Numbered from the stretch's first letter, positions 39,301-48,756 are shown. The stretch is 64,000 nt of DNA from an uncultured Oscillospiraceae bacterium (GCA_944385485.1 CALWXL010000003.1:9398-73397); one strand, 5' to 3'. The notes: generated by a model from the letters alone, not told the origin. Made by a program: numbers and translations.

Positions 39301-39973
39301 CCACATAGCCGTCCAGGGGGCTGCCGTCGGGGTTGGTGGGTACCACGGGGTAGATGTCGTCCTGGCCGTTGTAGCCCCGCACGTCGTGGACATAGCAGTT
39401 GCGGATGTAGATGTGGTGGATGACGCCGTAGTCATAGCCCTCCACCCGGATGCCGCTGCGGTCCCGGTTCACATCGTCCCCCTGGTTTTTCACTTCCAGG
39501 TTGTTGATTTCAATGTATTCCTGGTTGTACAGGTACACCGCGGCGCCAATCTGGTCCCCGCTCTCCCCGGTGAAGGGGCCCTGCCAGTCCTTGACCTGGG
39601 GCATGAAGTAGGCCCCGTCGCCGTCAATGAGGGGCTTGTCCCCCTCTCCGTACATGTCAATGACAATGGGATACCCCTCACAGCCCGAACCCTTGGGCCA
39701 CAGGGTGCCGGTGTACTGGGTCCCGGCCTTGATGAGGATGTGATCCCCAGGCTGGAAGGTCATGGAATTGACGTCCTCCAGGCTGTCGAAGGCGTTTTCG
39801 GGGGTCAGGCCGTCCCCGTCGGTCTTGCCAACGCCGGAGTCCAAATAGTAGGTGGTGCCGTAGGCGGTGTCGGCCTTGGGCTGCTCGGCCCGGGCCAGGT
39901 TGGACACCGGCACAGCCAGAGACAGCGTCAACGCCCCAGCCAGCAGCATGCTGATGGATTTCTTCACCGTCAC
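36311..39973 (-). CDS. Sortase-anchored right-handed beta-helix glycosidase, GH136 (lacto-N-biosidase)-like, with FIVAR repeats
   Basis: Signal peptide; TTYYLDS..PGDHILIK..PIVIDMYG beta-helix cap; QYNEV..DGMAFNLD..IQYNYTHDN; Ig-like and FIVAR modules; Pro/Thr linker; VPPTG + TM + KKRR. Confidence 0.75.
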   Translation of the reverse strand: MTVKKSISMLLAGALTLSLAVPVSNLARAEQPKADTAYGTTYYLDSGVGKTDGDGLTPENAFDSLEDVNSMTFQPGDHILIKAGTQYTGTLWPKGSGCEGYPIVIDMYGEGDKPLIDGDGAYFMPQVKDWQGPFTGESGDQIGAAVYLYNQEYIEINNLEVKNQGDDVNRDRSGIRVEGYDYGVIHHIYIRNCYVHDVRGYNGQDDIYPVVPTNPDGSPLDGYVGGDQSNPNTSNTFWGARTTHRTGGINFVTYTARLPEAPNKFNVRVQELDTTKKITTFDGILIENNTVENCQANGITTTNVKGTLDDVDFRHTNVVIRGNYVHNVTRSGIIPIYTNGVLVEYNKVDTFQSTNEGYGCGIWCDRANNMVFQYNEVCHGVNGMDGMAFNLDDMTRDGVIQYNYTHDNYGGGYMLHVRQKSYNRNNTIRFNLSVNDSGVFADHNAQIVAVGETDITKLESAKVYNNTFISNKDCHAVYQGDEVDYTNNIWHFTNPTVANRKDCFYPGANSSFDNNVYVGCVAPTDQNKHTDDPQFVGGNSLFGLDKAAAFAAASLKSSSPYVGAGVTVADNGGKDILGGSLDTLNLGAFAGAGHETAPTAQTYTPNEVTKYLSDGTQQTQVINETASEANTQWVNTTFNSKSVIYTKKEGNYLEFTMVGTGGTFTLKRGGGAGNVKLVAYQDGQEVKSETVNTYNATADTITVDALRNLSQTNESYTIRVYNAENGKASNFVSFTSEVAQTTQPGCTNDAIAGVVVEQPMAQTIPYGQTSVSVDLASHVYFRTCQAKQAQAEVTYTVDNGAQVEGNTITFTAPGTYTVTAQATYHDVTVTDTVTVTVTQGREPQVNVPAVDTRALTGLIATCEGLDLTMYQQVRQDIFTQTLAQAKALLDSEGYTQAQVDEMVTLLTAAKNGLSLIRANAEDSVVVKSGNWVNLTDTTLDGGKALKADKTSDTMEVQFFGHEIHVFGRKAVGVGIMTFTVTRLSDNQVVHTQTVDGYNAEKLDQQELFAWTGETNDQYRLTIGNTGNHNPNGNGSTNVIIDYFTFNLDQTKLADVTALQQALDKFGALNGADYDAELWQATVDAAQAARGVYVDATASQKAVDDAAAALEQAMKDLVATPEPTASPEPTASPEPTASPEPTASPEPTTTPAPTAQPTAEPTQVPQPTQGPVTTDAPQATQQPGEVPPTGDNAPMAVMTGVLLASAMAFGGLVVAKKRRQS
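36533..36617 (-). repeat. 18-bp coding tandem repeat (PEPTAS x4-5)
   Basis: gtgggctcggggcttgcc units in the wall-spanning linker. Confidence 0.9.
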
Positions 39974-40320
39974 CCAATCCTTTCTCTTTTCTTAGATTGG
40001 AGGGACCTATGAGCCCCCTCCCGAACTACTTCATGATATCACACTCCCTGGGGTGTGGATATAGCACTTGAGTCGGTGGCCCAATTTCGTGGGATATGGC
40101 ACAAACGGTGGCATTTGCTTGTTTAAAATATACAAAAAATTTGTTTTATTTTGGGATATGATACAGAGGTTTCGTCTCGTTTCTCTCAGAAGAAAACTGT
40201 CCCACAGGGACTTGTGCATCCTGGCCAAAGCCGTGGGAACACAGGGAGGGTTTCTTTGTCAAAACAACTTTTTTAATTGGTTTTCTGTTTCTTTTTTGTG
40301 GAAACTAGATTTGCGAGAAC

Positions 40321-40337
40321 TTTACATTTCTTTTACT
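40321..40337 (+). promoter_or_regulatory. Pho-box-like direct repeat
   Basis: TTTACA-5 bp-TTTACT (11-bp period) upstream of a TAGGAT -10 (40370-40375) and a phosphatase operon. Confidence 0.5.
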
Positions 40338-40409
40338 GCCCCCAGATAGCAACTTGAGGGGCGGGGGCGTAGGATGTTTCATAGCGCAAGATCAGGAAGG
40401 AGATCCCAC

Positions 40410-41567
40410 ATGCAACGATTCCACGGCCCCCGGATGGGGCAGCGTCTGTTGGCTCTGGCTGTCCTAGTCCTCACCACCCTGCTGGTGTGGATGCCCACCC
40501 CCGACGTGTCCTTTCACAGCCTGACCTCCGACACCGTTTCCTATGTTCCCGCCACCGTGCTGGAGGTGGTGGAAGAGAACCTCTCTCCCAGCGACCGCAC
40601 CGGCGGTCCCATGTTGGGGGATCAGACCCTGAAGGTGGAGCTGGACAGCGGAGAGACCCTCACCATTGCCAACTACCTCACCCACACCCACAACATCCAG
40701 GCCAAGGCGGGGATGCGAGTGGTGGTGTGTGTGGACGCCCCGGAACACGTGGAGCCCTACTATACCATCTACCAATATGACCGCAGCATCGGGCTGGGCG
40801 TGGTGCTGGCCATCTTCCTGCTGCTGATGCTGCTGGTGGGCGGCGAGAAAGGCTTTTACGCCACCCTGGCTCTGGCCTTCTCCCTGGTCTTTCTCCTGCG
40901 GTTTGTGGTGCCCTTCATCTACACCGGCGGTTCCCCGGTTCTGGCGGGCCTGGCCATGGTGCTGGCCTCCACCGCCGTGACGGTGTTTCTCATCTACGGC
41001 ATCTCCCCCCGGGGCCTGTTGGGGGTGGGGGTGGTGCTGGCTGGGGAGTTTGTGGCCTGCGGTCTCTTCCTCCTCTTTTCCCGGCTGCTCCACCTCACCG
41101 GCTTTCAGAGCAGCGATGCGGAAAACCTGCTGGTGGCCGCCCAAAACACCGGACTGGACATCTCCACGGTGCTCTTTGCCGCCACCATGATCGCCTCGGT
41201 GGGGGCGGTAATGGATGTGGCGGTGTCCCTGCTGTCCGCGCTGTGGGAGGTTCGTTTGGCCGACCCGGACATCACCGGGGCAGGGCTGTGGCAGGCTGGG
41301 CTGCGCATGGGCCGGGATATGATCGGCACCATGAGCAACACCCTCATCTTCGCCTTTGCCGGAGGCTCTCTCACCACCCTGCTGGTGCTGATGACCTACG
41401 GCACCGACCCCACCCAGCTGCTCCACTCCGACTACATCGCTCTGGAGCTGGCCCACGGCTTGTGCGGCACCTGTGCCGTCATCCTCACCGTGCCCCTGGC
41501 CTCTCTGGCCTCGGCCCTGGTGTATCCCAACTGGAAGATTCCTGAGCCCGCTCAGGTTTCTCAATAA
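40410..41567 (+). CDS. YibE/F family membrane protein
   Basis: GAVMDVAVS, GRDMIGTMSNTLIFAFAG motifs; start MQRFHG after AAGGAG. Confidence 0.92.
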   Translation: MQRFHGPRMGQRLLALAVLVLTTLLVWMPTPDVSFHSLTSDTVSYVPATVLEVVEENLSPSDRTGGPMLGDQTLKVELDSGETLTIANYLTHTHNIQAKAGMRVVVCVDAPEHVEPYYTIYQYDRSIGLGVVLAIFLLLMLLVGGEKGFYATLALAFSLVFLLRFVVPFIYTGGSPVLAGLAMVLASTAVTVFLIYGISPRGLLGVGVVLAGEFVACGLFLLFSRLLHLTGFQSSDAENLLVAAQNTGLDISTVLFAATMIASVGAVMDVAVSLLSALWEVRLADPDITGAGLWQAGLRMGRDMIGTMSNTLIFAFAGGSLTTLLVLMTYGTDPTQLLHSDYIALELAHGLCGTCAVILTVPLASLASALVYPNWKIPEPAQVSQ

Positions 41568-41601
41568 GTAAGAACGAAGAATGTGAGTAAGGAGAAGAAG
41601 T

Positions 41602-43728
41602 ATGTTACACAAGAATGCGAAAAAAGTCATCTCCGGTGTGCTCGGCTCCTGCCTGGTGCTCCAGCTGGCCGCCCTGCCCTCTCTGGCCCAGGCTCCCCAG
41701 GCCCAGGAAAACGAGACCGGGGCTCTGCTGGACGCCAACACCCAGTGGAAGTATCTGGACAACAACACCGACCCCGCCGGCACCGCCGGAAGTGAGGGCT
41801 ACGACGCCCACAGCTGGACCGTGGCCGACTTTGACGACAGCCAGTGGAAGACTGCCGCCGGTCCCTTTGGCTCCAAGCGGGGCGGGGCCGATCTGGGGGA
41901 TGGTTTCGTGGCCTCCACCATCCTGGAGGGCTGCGACGGCAAAAATGACACCACCACCTATTTCTTCCGTACCACCTTCACCCTGGACAGCCTGGAGGGC
42001 GTGACCAGCCTGGAGGGCACCATGCAGCATGATGACGGCGCCATCGTGTACATCAACGGCCAGCAGGTGGCCGCCTATGACGTGGGCAACCTCTCCGGCA
42101 CCAACAACATGGAGTACGCCGGAGTCAGCGCCGGTGATCCCAAGACCCAGACCTTTACCGTCACCGACCTGTCCATGCTCCAGGAGGGCGAGAACACCAT
42201 CGCCGTGGAGGTACACAACGACCGCCAGACCAGTTCCGACATCTGGTTCCACTTCACCCAGCTGACCACCAGCACCGAACCCCTGGAGGTGCAGAGTGAT
42301 GTGAATCTGTCCATGGGCGCCAACAACACCCAGATGAACCTCACCTGGTACTCCACCCAGGCTGAGGCCGGGTACGTGCTGGTGTGCCCCGCCGACCAGG
42401 TGGTGGACGGTGTGATGCCCGAGACGGCCTCCAAGTTTGACGCCGCCGCCACCCAGGCCAATGAGAGCGGCCAGTGGTCCAACCAGACCACCATCACCGG
42501 GCTGGAGGCCGGCACCACCTACGCCTATCAGCTGGTCAACGGCCAGGCCAAGTCCGCCGTGGCCACCTTCCAGACCGCTTCCGCCGGGGCCTTCTCCTTC
42601 GCCTTCGCCGGTGACCCCCAGATCGGAGCCAGCGGCAACGCCGGCAGCGATACGGAGGGGTGGGGCAAGACCCTGGGTATCATCGCCGACAGCGCCCAGT
42701 TTGACGGGGTGGACTTCCTGCTCTCCGCCGGGGACCAGGTGAACACCGCCGACAACGAGGACCAGTACCACGGCTACCTGAATCACCCCGAGCTGTCCAG
42801 CCTCCCTGTGGCCACCCTGGTGGGCAATCACGACTCCTCCAGCAACTCCTACAACCAGCACTTCAACGTGCCCAACGAGAGCGAACTGGGCGCCACCAAC
42901 GCCGGCGGCGACTACTGGTTTGTGTACAACAACACCCTGTTTCTGGCCCTGAACAGCAACAGCATGTCCACCGCCGAGCACAAGGCCTTCATGGAGCAGG
43001 CCATCGCCTCCGCCGGTGACGTGGATTGGAAAGTGGTCACCTTCCACCACTCCGTGTACTCTGTGGCCAGCCACGCTGTGGATGGGGACATTCTCCAGCG
43101 CCGGGACGCTCTGGTGCCTGTGTTTGACCAGCTGGACATCGACGTGGTACTCATGGGCCACGACCACGTGTATGTGCGCACCTACATGATGGACGGCCTG
43201 ACCCCCATCACCCAGTCCGACAAGTACACCGATGCCAACAACGACGGCATCCCTGAGTCCGTCACCGATCCCGACGGCATCCTCTATGTCACCGCCAACT
43301 CCGCCTCCGGCTCCAAGTTCTACACCATCCAGGATACCCAGTATGAGTATTCCGCCGTGCAAAACCAGGAGCGGGTGCCCAACATCTCCCGGGTGGATGT
43401 GTCCGAAGACGCCTTCACCATCACCACCTACCGCACCAGCGATATGAGCGTGGTGGACACCTTCACCATCAACCACACCACGGAGACTGAGCCCGAGCCC
43501 TCTCCCGAGGTCTCTCCCTCTCCCGAGGTGACCCCCTCCCCCGAAGTGACGGCCACCCCCGCCCCCGAGGCCACCGCTGCCCCCAGCGCCCAGCCCACCA
43601 ACAAGCCTGCGGGCAATGTGCCCCAGACCGGAGACCACACCGTGGTGGCCGTGTATGTGGCCGCTCTGACCGCCTCCGTGGCCCTGCTGGGTCTGGCCGC
43701 TGCCGCCCGCAAGCGCCGTCAGGGCTGA
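41602..43728 (+). CDS. Sortase-anchored metallophosphoesterase (purple acid phosphatase-like)
   Basis: Signal peptide, beta-sandwich domain (DDGAIVYING), FN3, then GDPQ, GDQV, GNHD, FHH, GHDH motifs; VPQTG + TM + RKRR. Confidence 0.9.
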   Translation: MLHKNAKKVISGVLGSCLVLQLAALPSLAQAPQAQENETGALLDANTQWKYLDNNTDPAGTAGSEGYDAHSWTVADFDDSQWKTAAGPFGSKRGGADLGDGFVASTILEGCDGKNDTTTYFFRTTFTLDSLEGVTSLEGTMQHDDGAIVYINGQQVAAYDVGNLSGTNNMEYAGVSAGDPKTQTFTVTDLSMLQEGENTIAVEVHNDRQTSSDIWFHFTQLTTSTEPLEVQSDVNLSMGANNTQMNLTWYSTQAEAGYVLVCPADQVVDGVMPETASKFDAAATQANESGQWSNQTTITGLEAGTTYAYQLVNGQAKSAVATFQTASAGAFSFAFAGDPQIGASGNAGSDTEGWGKTLGIIADSAQFDGVDFLLSAGDQVNTADNEDQYHGYLNHPELSSLPVATLVGNHDSSSNSYNQHFNVPNESELGATNAGGDYWFVYNNTLFLALNSNSMSTAEHKAFMEQAIASAGDVDWKVVTFHHSVYSVASHAVDGDILQRRDALVPVFDQLDIDVVLMGHDHVYVRTYMMDGLTPITQSDKYTDANNDGIPESVTDPDGILYVTANSASGSKFYTIQDTQYEYSAVQNQERVPNISRVDVSEDAFTITTYRTSDMSVVDTFTINHTTETEPEPSPEVSPSPEVTPSPEVTATPAPEATAAPSAQPTNKPAGNVPQTGDHTVVAVYVAALTASVALLGLAAAARKRRQG

Positions 43729-43757
43729 TGGACTGAGAGGGTCTAAATCCCAAGAAA

Positions 43758-43802
43758 ACTGCTGAGAGATGGTAAAAAACATCTCTCAGCAGTGTCTTTT
43801 TT
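43758..43802 (+). terminator. Intrinsic terminator
   Basis: actgctgagagatg/catctctcagcagt plus T-run. Confidence 0.85.
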
Positions 43803-44202
43803 AATAAAAAATGCTTTTTGGGAGGCCGGGGATTATGTGAAATCCCGCAAGCAGCCTGGGGGAGACCTTGGTAGTGTTGTATATTTTGCATAAGAATCCG
43901 TGCTGGGGTTTGGCGGTTCCGTGTGTGGACAGGGTAAAAATCCTCTGTTATTATTATTGCAAAGGCAATATTTTCGGCACAGTGTCGAGGCTTTTCTGAT
44001 CTGGACAGGGGGGCTGCGACCTTTGGAATGTTACTGTTCAATCAGGCATAACCACATGTGTCACTGCTTCGGATATGTATCAGCACGATGGGGTCTTTCT
44101 GGGGAGCAGTGGGCATGTGGTCTTGTTTTTTTGTCAGGATTCGGAAGAAAATGTTTGCCCCATATGTCAGAGAAGACAAAAAGAAAGGAAGAGGTGTAAC
44201 GT

Positions 44203-47200
44203 ATGAAGAAAACCCACAAGCGTTGGCTGGCTGCCCTGTTGGCAACGGTCATGCTCACAGGTGGCCTCATGGCCTCGGCTGTGGAGCCCAAAGCCGAAGA
44301 CGTGAACCTGGCCAGCCTGGATGGGGTTGTGGCCACGGCCTCGGATACCGAGACCCAAGACTATCCCCCCTCCGCCACTATCGACGGCAATTATGAGGAC
44401 ACGTCTCGTTGGGGCACCAACAACGACGGCAAAGGCACCACCGAGCGCTGGCTCCAGCTGGATCTGGGCGCTGCCTATACCATCAACAGCTTCAAGGTGT
44501 TCTGGGAAAAGGAGAACATCCAGGACTATACCATTCAGGTTTCCAAGGACGGAAGCCAGTGGACTGACTGTGTCACCATCACCGGGGCTGAGGCTGCCCG
44601 TGACGTGACCCACGCACTGGACGCCTCCGTCACCGCCCGTTACGTCAAGCTGTCCGTCACCAAGTATGGCCCCTCTGTGGGCAACTGGTACAACGTGGGC
44701 GTGCGGGAATTTGAGGTGTACGGCAGCGATCAGGTAGTCCATGAGATCGGCAACCTGGCCCGCCTGAATGGTGTTGTGGCCACTGCCTCCGATACGGAAG
44801 TGGCCAAGTACCCTGCTTCCGCCACCATTGACGGGGATACCTCCGCCGACTCCCGTTGGGGTACCAACAACGACGGCAAGGGAACCACCGAGCGCATTCT
44901 GACCCTGAATCTGGGCCAGGAGCGCACCATCACCGGCTTCAAGGTGTTCTATGAGAAGTCCAACATCCGGGATTATGTCATTGAGACCTCCTCCAACGGC
45001 CAGCAGTGGGATGAGCGTGTGACCATTACCGGCAATCAGAAGTTGGAGCCTTCCCACGATCTGGCCGATGTTGTGACCGCTCAATATGTTCGTCTGCGTG
45101 TGACCAAGTATGACGCTTCCGTAGGCACTTGGTACAACGTGGGCGTGCGTGAGTTCGAGGTGTACGGTCACCTGCCCGAGGATGCCGGTACTCCCGGCGG
45201 CGATGAAGTGGTAGAGCTGGAACCGGGCACCAACATCGCCCTCCAGAGCGGCGTCACCGCCTCCGCCACCGACTACGAGAACGGCACCACCTTTACTGCT
45301 GACAAGGCTCGCGACGGCAACAAGACTGATCGCAACTCCCGCTGGGCCACCAACCAGAACGTGAAGAACCCCACCATCACTTACGATCTGGGCAAAACCT
45401 ACAACGTGCGCAGCGTGATCCTCTACTGGGAGAACAACCACGCCGACAAGTGGCATGTGCAGACTTCCACCGATGGCAAGAATTGGGACACTCAGAAGAC
45501 CTTCACTGGCAAGCTGCCTGTGGCCAATGCCCCCATCCAGACTGTGAACTTCGATGAGACCGTGCAGGTGCAGTATGTGCGTGTGTGGATCGAGAAGTAC
45601 AGCGCTGACTGGAACAACGTGTCCATGTACGAGTTTGAGGTTTACCAGGAAGTGTCCGAAGAGGTGGTCACTCCTGCCACTGCCGCTGCCGCTCTGGCCA
45701 GCAGCATGAAGATCGAGGATGGCAAGGTGGTCATGACCGGTGAGGTGCCTGCCAAGTACGAAGCCACTTGGGGCTGCAACTTCGAGCAGGTGGTCAGCGC
45801 CGACGGCACCATCCACACCCCCTTGGTGAACACCCAGGTGGAGATCTCCGTCACCGTGCGTGAGAAGGAGAACTATGCTACCTGTGGTACTTCCACTGTG
45901 AAGCTGACCATTCCCGGCGTGAACGAGGCCAACGAGGGCAACCAGAAGCCCTCCGTGGTGCCCGAGCTGGCCCAGTGGTATTCCACCGTGGAGCAGAAGG
46001 GCCAGGTGTACGCCCTGTCCCTGAACACCCGCATCCTGGCCGACGAGAAGTACGCTTCTGTGGCCAAGGAACTCCAGGCCGATATCCGGGACCTGTTCGG
46101 CCTCAATCTGTCCATTGTCTCCGACACCTCCAACCCCCAGACCGGGGACATCGTGCTGGCCTACCACGACCAGGGCGGCTTTGACAAGGAGACCTACAAC
46201 ATGGTGGTCACCGACAAGGTGGTCATCCAGGCCAACGACTCCATCGGCGCCTATTGGGGCACTCGCTCCGTGCTCCAGGCTCTGAAGCTCTCCGGCGATA
46301 TGACCATCGCCCAGGGCACCGCCCGGGACTACCCCGAGTTTGAAAACCGTGGCTTCATGCTGGACGTGGGCCGTAAGCCCACCTCCATGGAGACCCTCAA
46401 GGAGATCTCCAAGACCATGGCCTGGTACAAGATGAACAGCTTCCATGTCCACCTCAGCGACAACCTCATCTTCATGGAGGACTACTACAAGGCCGGCGAG
46501 GATGAGGATGGCATCCGTCAGGCTTACCAGGGCTACCGCCTGGAGTACTCCAAAGATGGCCTGACCTCCAAGGACTACTACTACACCAAGGCCGAGTTCA
46601 AGGACTTCATGGCCTACTCCCGCGCTCTGGGTGTGGACATTATCCCCGAGCTGGACGTGCCCGCCCACGCTCTGTCCATCACCAACTACATCATGTACAC
46701 CCTGAAGCAGCCCGACCTGGTGCTCCACCAGATCAACACTGCCCACCCCTGGGTGGACCATGTGGATGTCAGCAAGCAGGGTGGCATCGACATCATCAAG
46801 GAGATCTACGACGAGTACATCGACGAGGACATCTTCGATGAGAACACCATCGTCCACATCGGCGCCGATGAGTTCTATGCCAGCCACCCCGCCTACCGCA
46901 ACTTCCTCATTCAGATGATCGACTACATCCAGAACGTGAAGCATCGTCAGGTCCGGGTCTGGGGCAGCTTGACCTCTATGAGCAACGGCGAGGACTATAA
47001 GTTCGGCCCCGAGCACGTTCAGGGGGCTCAGATGAACATCTGGAACACCGGCTGGGCCAAACCCCAGGATATGTTCAACCTGGGCTTCGGCCTGATCAAC
47101 ACCATCGACGGCTACCTGTACATGGTGCCCAACGGCAATGGCAACAAGGGCGGCTACGGCGACTGGCTGGACACGCAGTACCTGTACAACTCCTGGGAGC

Positions 47201-48591
47201 CTGAGAACATGGGCGGCACCATGATCCCCTCCGGTTCCGCTCAGATGCTGGGCGCCTGCTACGCCATCTGGAACGACAACATCGACACCCGGGCTGCCGG
47301 CATCAATGAGACCGACATCTATGCCCGCTTTGTGGATGCCCTGCCCTACCTGGGCACCAAGATGTGGGGTATTGGTGGCGACGGTCTGGACCGGGATTTC
47401 AACACCATGAAGGCCGACGTGGCTACCCTGGGCACCGCTCCCAACACCAACCCCTATCACACCATCGACCTGGCTGACGGCACCAACGCCTATGCCCAGT
47501 ACTCCTTCGTGGACAACAAGGACCGCTCCGGCAACGGCCGCAACCTGGCCCTCAGCGGCGGCGCAAACCTCGCCGACGGCTCTCTGGTTCTCAGCGGCAC
47601 CAACGCCTTTGCCACCACCGGCATGGACGTCATGGGTCCCAAGAACACCGTGACCATGAAGGTGTACAAGGACAGCGCTTCCAACACCGGCGAGCAGATC
47701 CTGCTGGAGGCTGACGCTGCCTATGGCGATCACATGGTGACCGCTCTGGCTCAGGAAAACGGCAAGTGGAAGCTGGGCTTCTCCCGTGAGCTGTATGACT
47801 ATGTGTTCAACTATGAGCTGCCCTGCGACAAGTGGGTGGAGCTGACCCTCACCAACGAGGGCAACAAGACCTACCTGCTGGTGGACGGTGAGAAGATTGC
47901 TGCCGTGGGCTCCTTCCTCCCCGACGAGCATGCCACCACCCAGTTCAAGGGTAAGACTGGCATTGAGTACTCCGCTTTCGACATCCCCGTGGCTCGCATT
48001 GGTTCCGAGACCAACGCCTTCCAGGGCAAGGTGGACAGCGTGGCCTTCTATGCCAACGGCGTGACCCCCGACGTGCGCCACCTGGTGACCTTCAACACCA
48101 ACGGCGGCAGCAGCGTTGCCTCCGTGGTTGTGGTGGATGGCCAGACTTTGGCTGAGCCTCAGGCTCCCGTCTGGGAGGGCCACACCTTCCAGGGTTGGTA
48201 CACCGATGAGGGCTGCACCAAGGCTTACGACTTCAAGAGCGTGGTCACCAGCGATCTGACCCTGTTTGCCAAGTGGGATGCCGGCGTGGTGCCCACACCC
48301 ACCCCCACCGTGGCTCCTACGGCTGAGCCTACCGTGTCGCCCACCGTGGCTCCCACGGCTGAGCCTACCGTGGCTCCCACCACCGAGCCCACCACTGAGC
48401 CCACTGTGGCTCCCACCGGTGAGCCCACCACCAATCCCACCCAGACGCCCGCTGCCACCACCAATCCCGGTGACGGCAACGTGCCTCCCACCGGCGACGC
48501 CAGCCAGCTGCTGGTGTACGTGGTGGCTCTGGCTGGAACCGCCCTGCTGCTCAGCGGCATCGTGGTGGTGCGCAAGCAGACCCGCAAGTAA
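44203..48591 (+). CDS. Sortase-anchored GH20 beta-N-acetylhexosaminidase with three F5/8-C (CBM32) domains
   Basis: Three discoidin domains; RGFMLDVGR, HVHLSDN, PELDVPAH, catalytic HIGADE, AIWND; LamG-like domain, InlB-B repeat, PTVAPTAE linker; VPPTG anchor. Confidence 0.92.
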   Translation: MKKTHKRWLAALLATVMLTGGLMASAVEPKAEDVNLASLDGVVATASDTETQDYPPSATIDGNYEDTSRWGTNNDGKGTTERWLQLDLGAAYTINSFKVFWEKENIQDYTIQVSKDGSQWTDCVTITGAEAARDVTHALDASVTARYVKLSVTKYGPSVGNWYNVGVREFEVYGSDQVVHEIGNLARLNGVVATASDTEVAKYPASATIDGDTSADSRWGTNNDGKGTTERILTLNLGQERTITGFKVFYEKSNIRDYVIETSSNGQQWDERVTITGNQKLEPSHDLADVVTAQYVRLRVTKYDASVGTWYNVGVREFEVYGHLPEDAGTPGGDEVVELEPGTNIALQSGVTASATDYENGTTFTADKARDGNKTDRNSRWATNQNVKNPTITYDLGKTYNVRSVILYWENNHADKWHVQTSTDGKNWDTQKTFTGKLPVANAPIQTVNFDETVQVQYVRVWIEKYSADWNNVSMYEFEVYQEVSEEVVTPATAAAALASSMKIEDGKVVMTGEVPAKYEATWGCNFEQVVSADGTIHTPLVNTQVEISVTVREKENYATCGTSTVKLTIPGVNEANEGNQKPSVVPELAQWYSTVEQKGQVYALSLNTRILADEKYASVAKELQADIRDLFGLNLSIVSDTSNPQTGDIVLAYHDQGGFDKETYNMVVTDKVVIQANDSIGAYWGTRSVLQALKLSGDMTIAQGTARDYPEFENRGFMLDVGRKPTSMETLKEISKTMAWYKMNSFHVHLSDNLIFMEDYYKAGEDEDGIRQAYQGYRLEYSKDGLTSKDYYYTKAEFKDFMAYSRALGVDIIPELDVPAHALSITNYIMYTLKQPDLVLHQINTAHPWVDHVDVSKQGGIDIIKEIYDEYIDEDIFDENTIVHIGADEFYASHPAYRNFLIQMIDYIQNVKHRQVRVWGSLTSMSNGEDYKFGPEHVQGAQMNIWNTGWAKPQDMFNLGFGLINTIDGYLYMVPNGNGNKGGYGDWLDTQYLYNSWEPENMGGTMIPSGSAQMLGACYAIWNDNIDTRAAGINETDIYARFVDALPYLGTKMWGIGGDGLDRDFNTMKADVATLGTAPNTNPYHTIDLADGTNAYAQYSFVDNKDRSGNGRNLALSGGANLADGSLVLSGTNAFATTGMDVMGPKNTVTMKVYKDSASNTGEQILLEADAAYGDHMVTALAQENGKWKLGFSRELYDYVFNYELPCDKWVELTLTNEGNKTYLLVDGEKIAAVGSFLPDEHATTQFKGKTGIEYSAFDIPVARIGSETNAFQGKVDSVAFYANGVTPDVRHLVTFNTNGGSSVASVVVVDGQTLAEPQAPVWEGHTFQGWYTDEGCTKAYDFKSVVTSDLTLFAKWDAGVVPTPTPTVAPTAEPTVSPTVAPTAEPTVAPTTEPTTEPTVAPTGEPTTNPTQTPAATTNPGDGNVPPTGDASQLLVYVVALAGTALLLSGIVVVRKQTRK

Positions 48592-48616
48592 TTTCCCCGT
48601 TCCATCCTCTCTTCCC

Positions 48617-48657
48617 ATTTGGGGCCAGGCGTTTCCGCCTGGCCCCAAATTCTTTTT
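48617..48657 (+). terminator. Intrinsic terminator
   Basis: atttggggccaggcg/cgcctggccccaaat plus T-run. Confidence 0.85.
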
Positions 48658-48666
48658 CTCCCCTCG

Positions 48667-48686
48667 TTACAACTTGGATACAAGTT
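48667..48686 (+). promoter_or_regulatory. OmpR-type tandem operator (copy 1)
   Basis: TTACAACTTGGATACAAGTT; 18/20 identical to 52689-52708. Confidence 0.7.
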
Positions 48687-48756
48687 CTTGCTGACATGCG
48701 AATAGGGGTGTGCTAAGATGAAGGAAGCCGAAGAAATCGGGGAGAGGAGGGCCATT

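Noticed and set aside
44167-48648. 1493-aa minus-strand ORF (also 36890-40012 +, 41605-43782 -, 33344-35605 -, 29280-31787 -, 19264-21237 +, 13761-15320 -)
   Set aside because: Antisense shadows of well-supported genes, caused by high GC3 codon bias; rich in G/V/H/L with no motifs.
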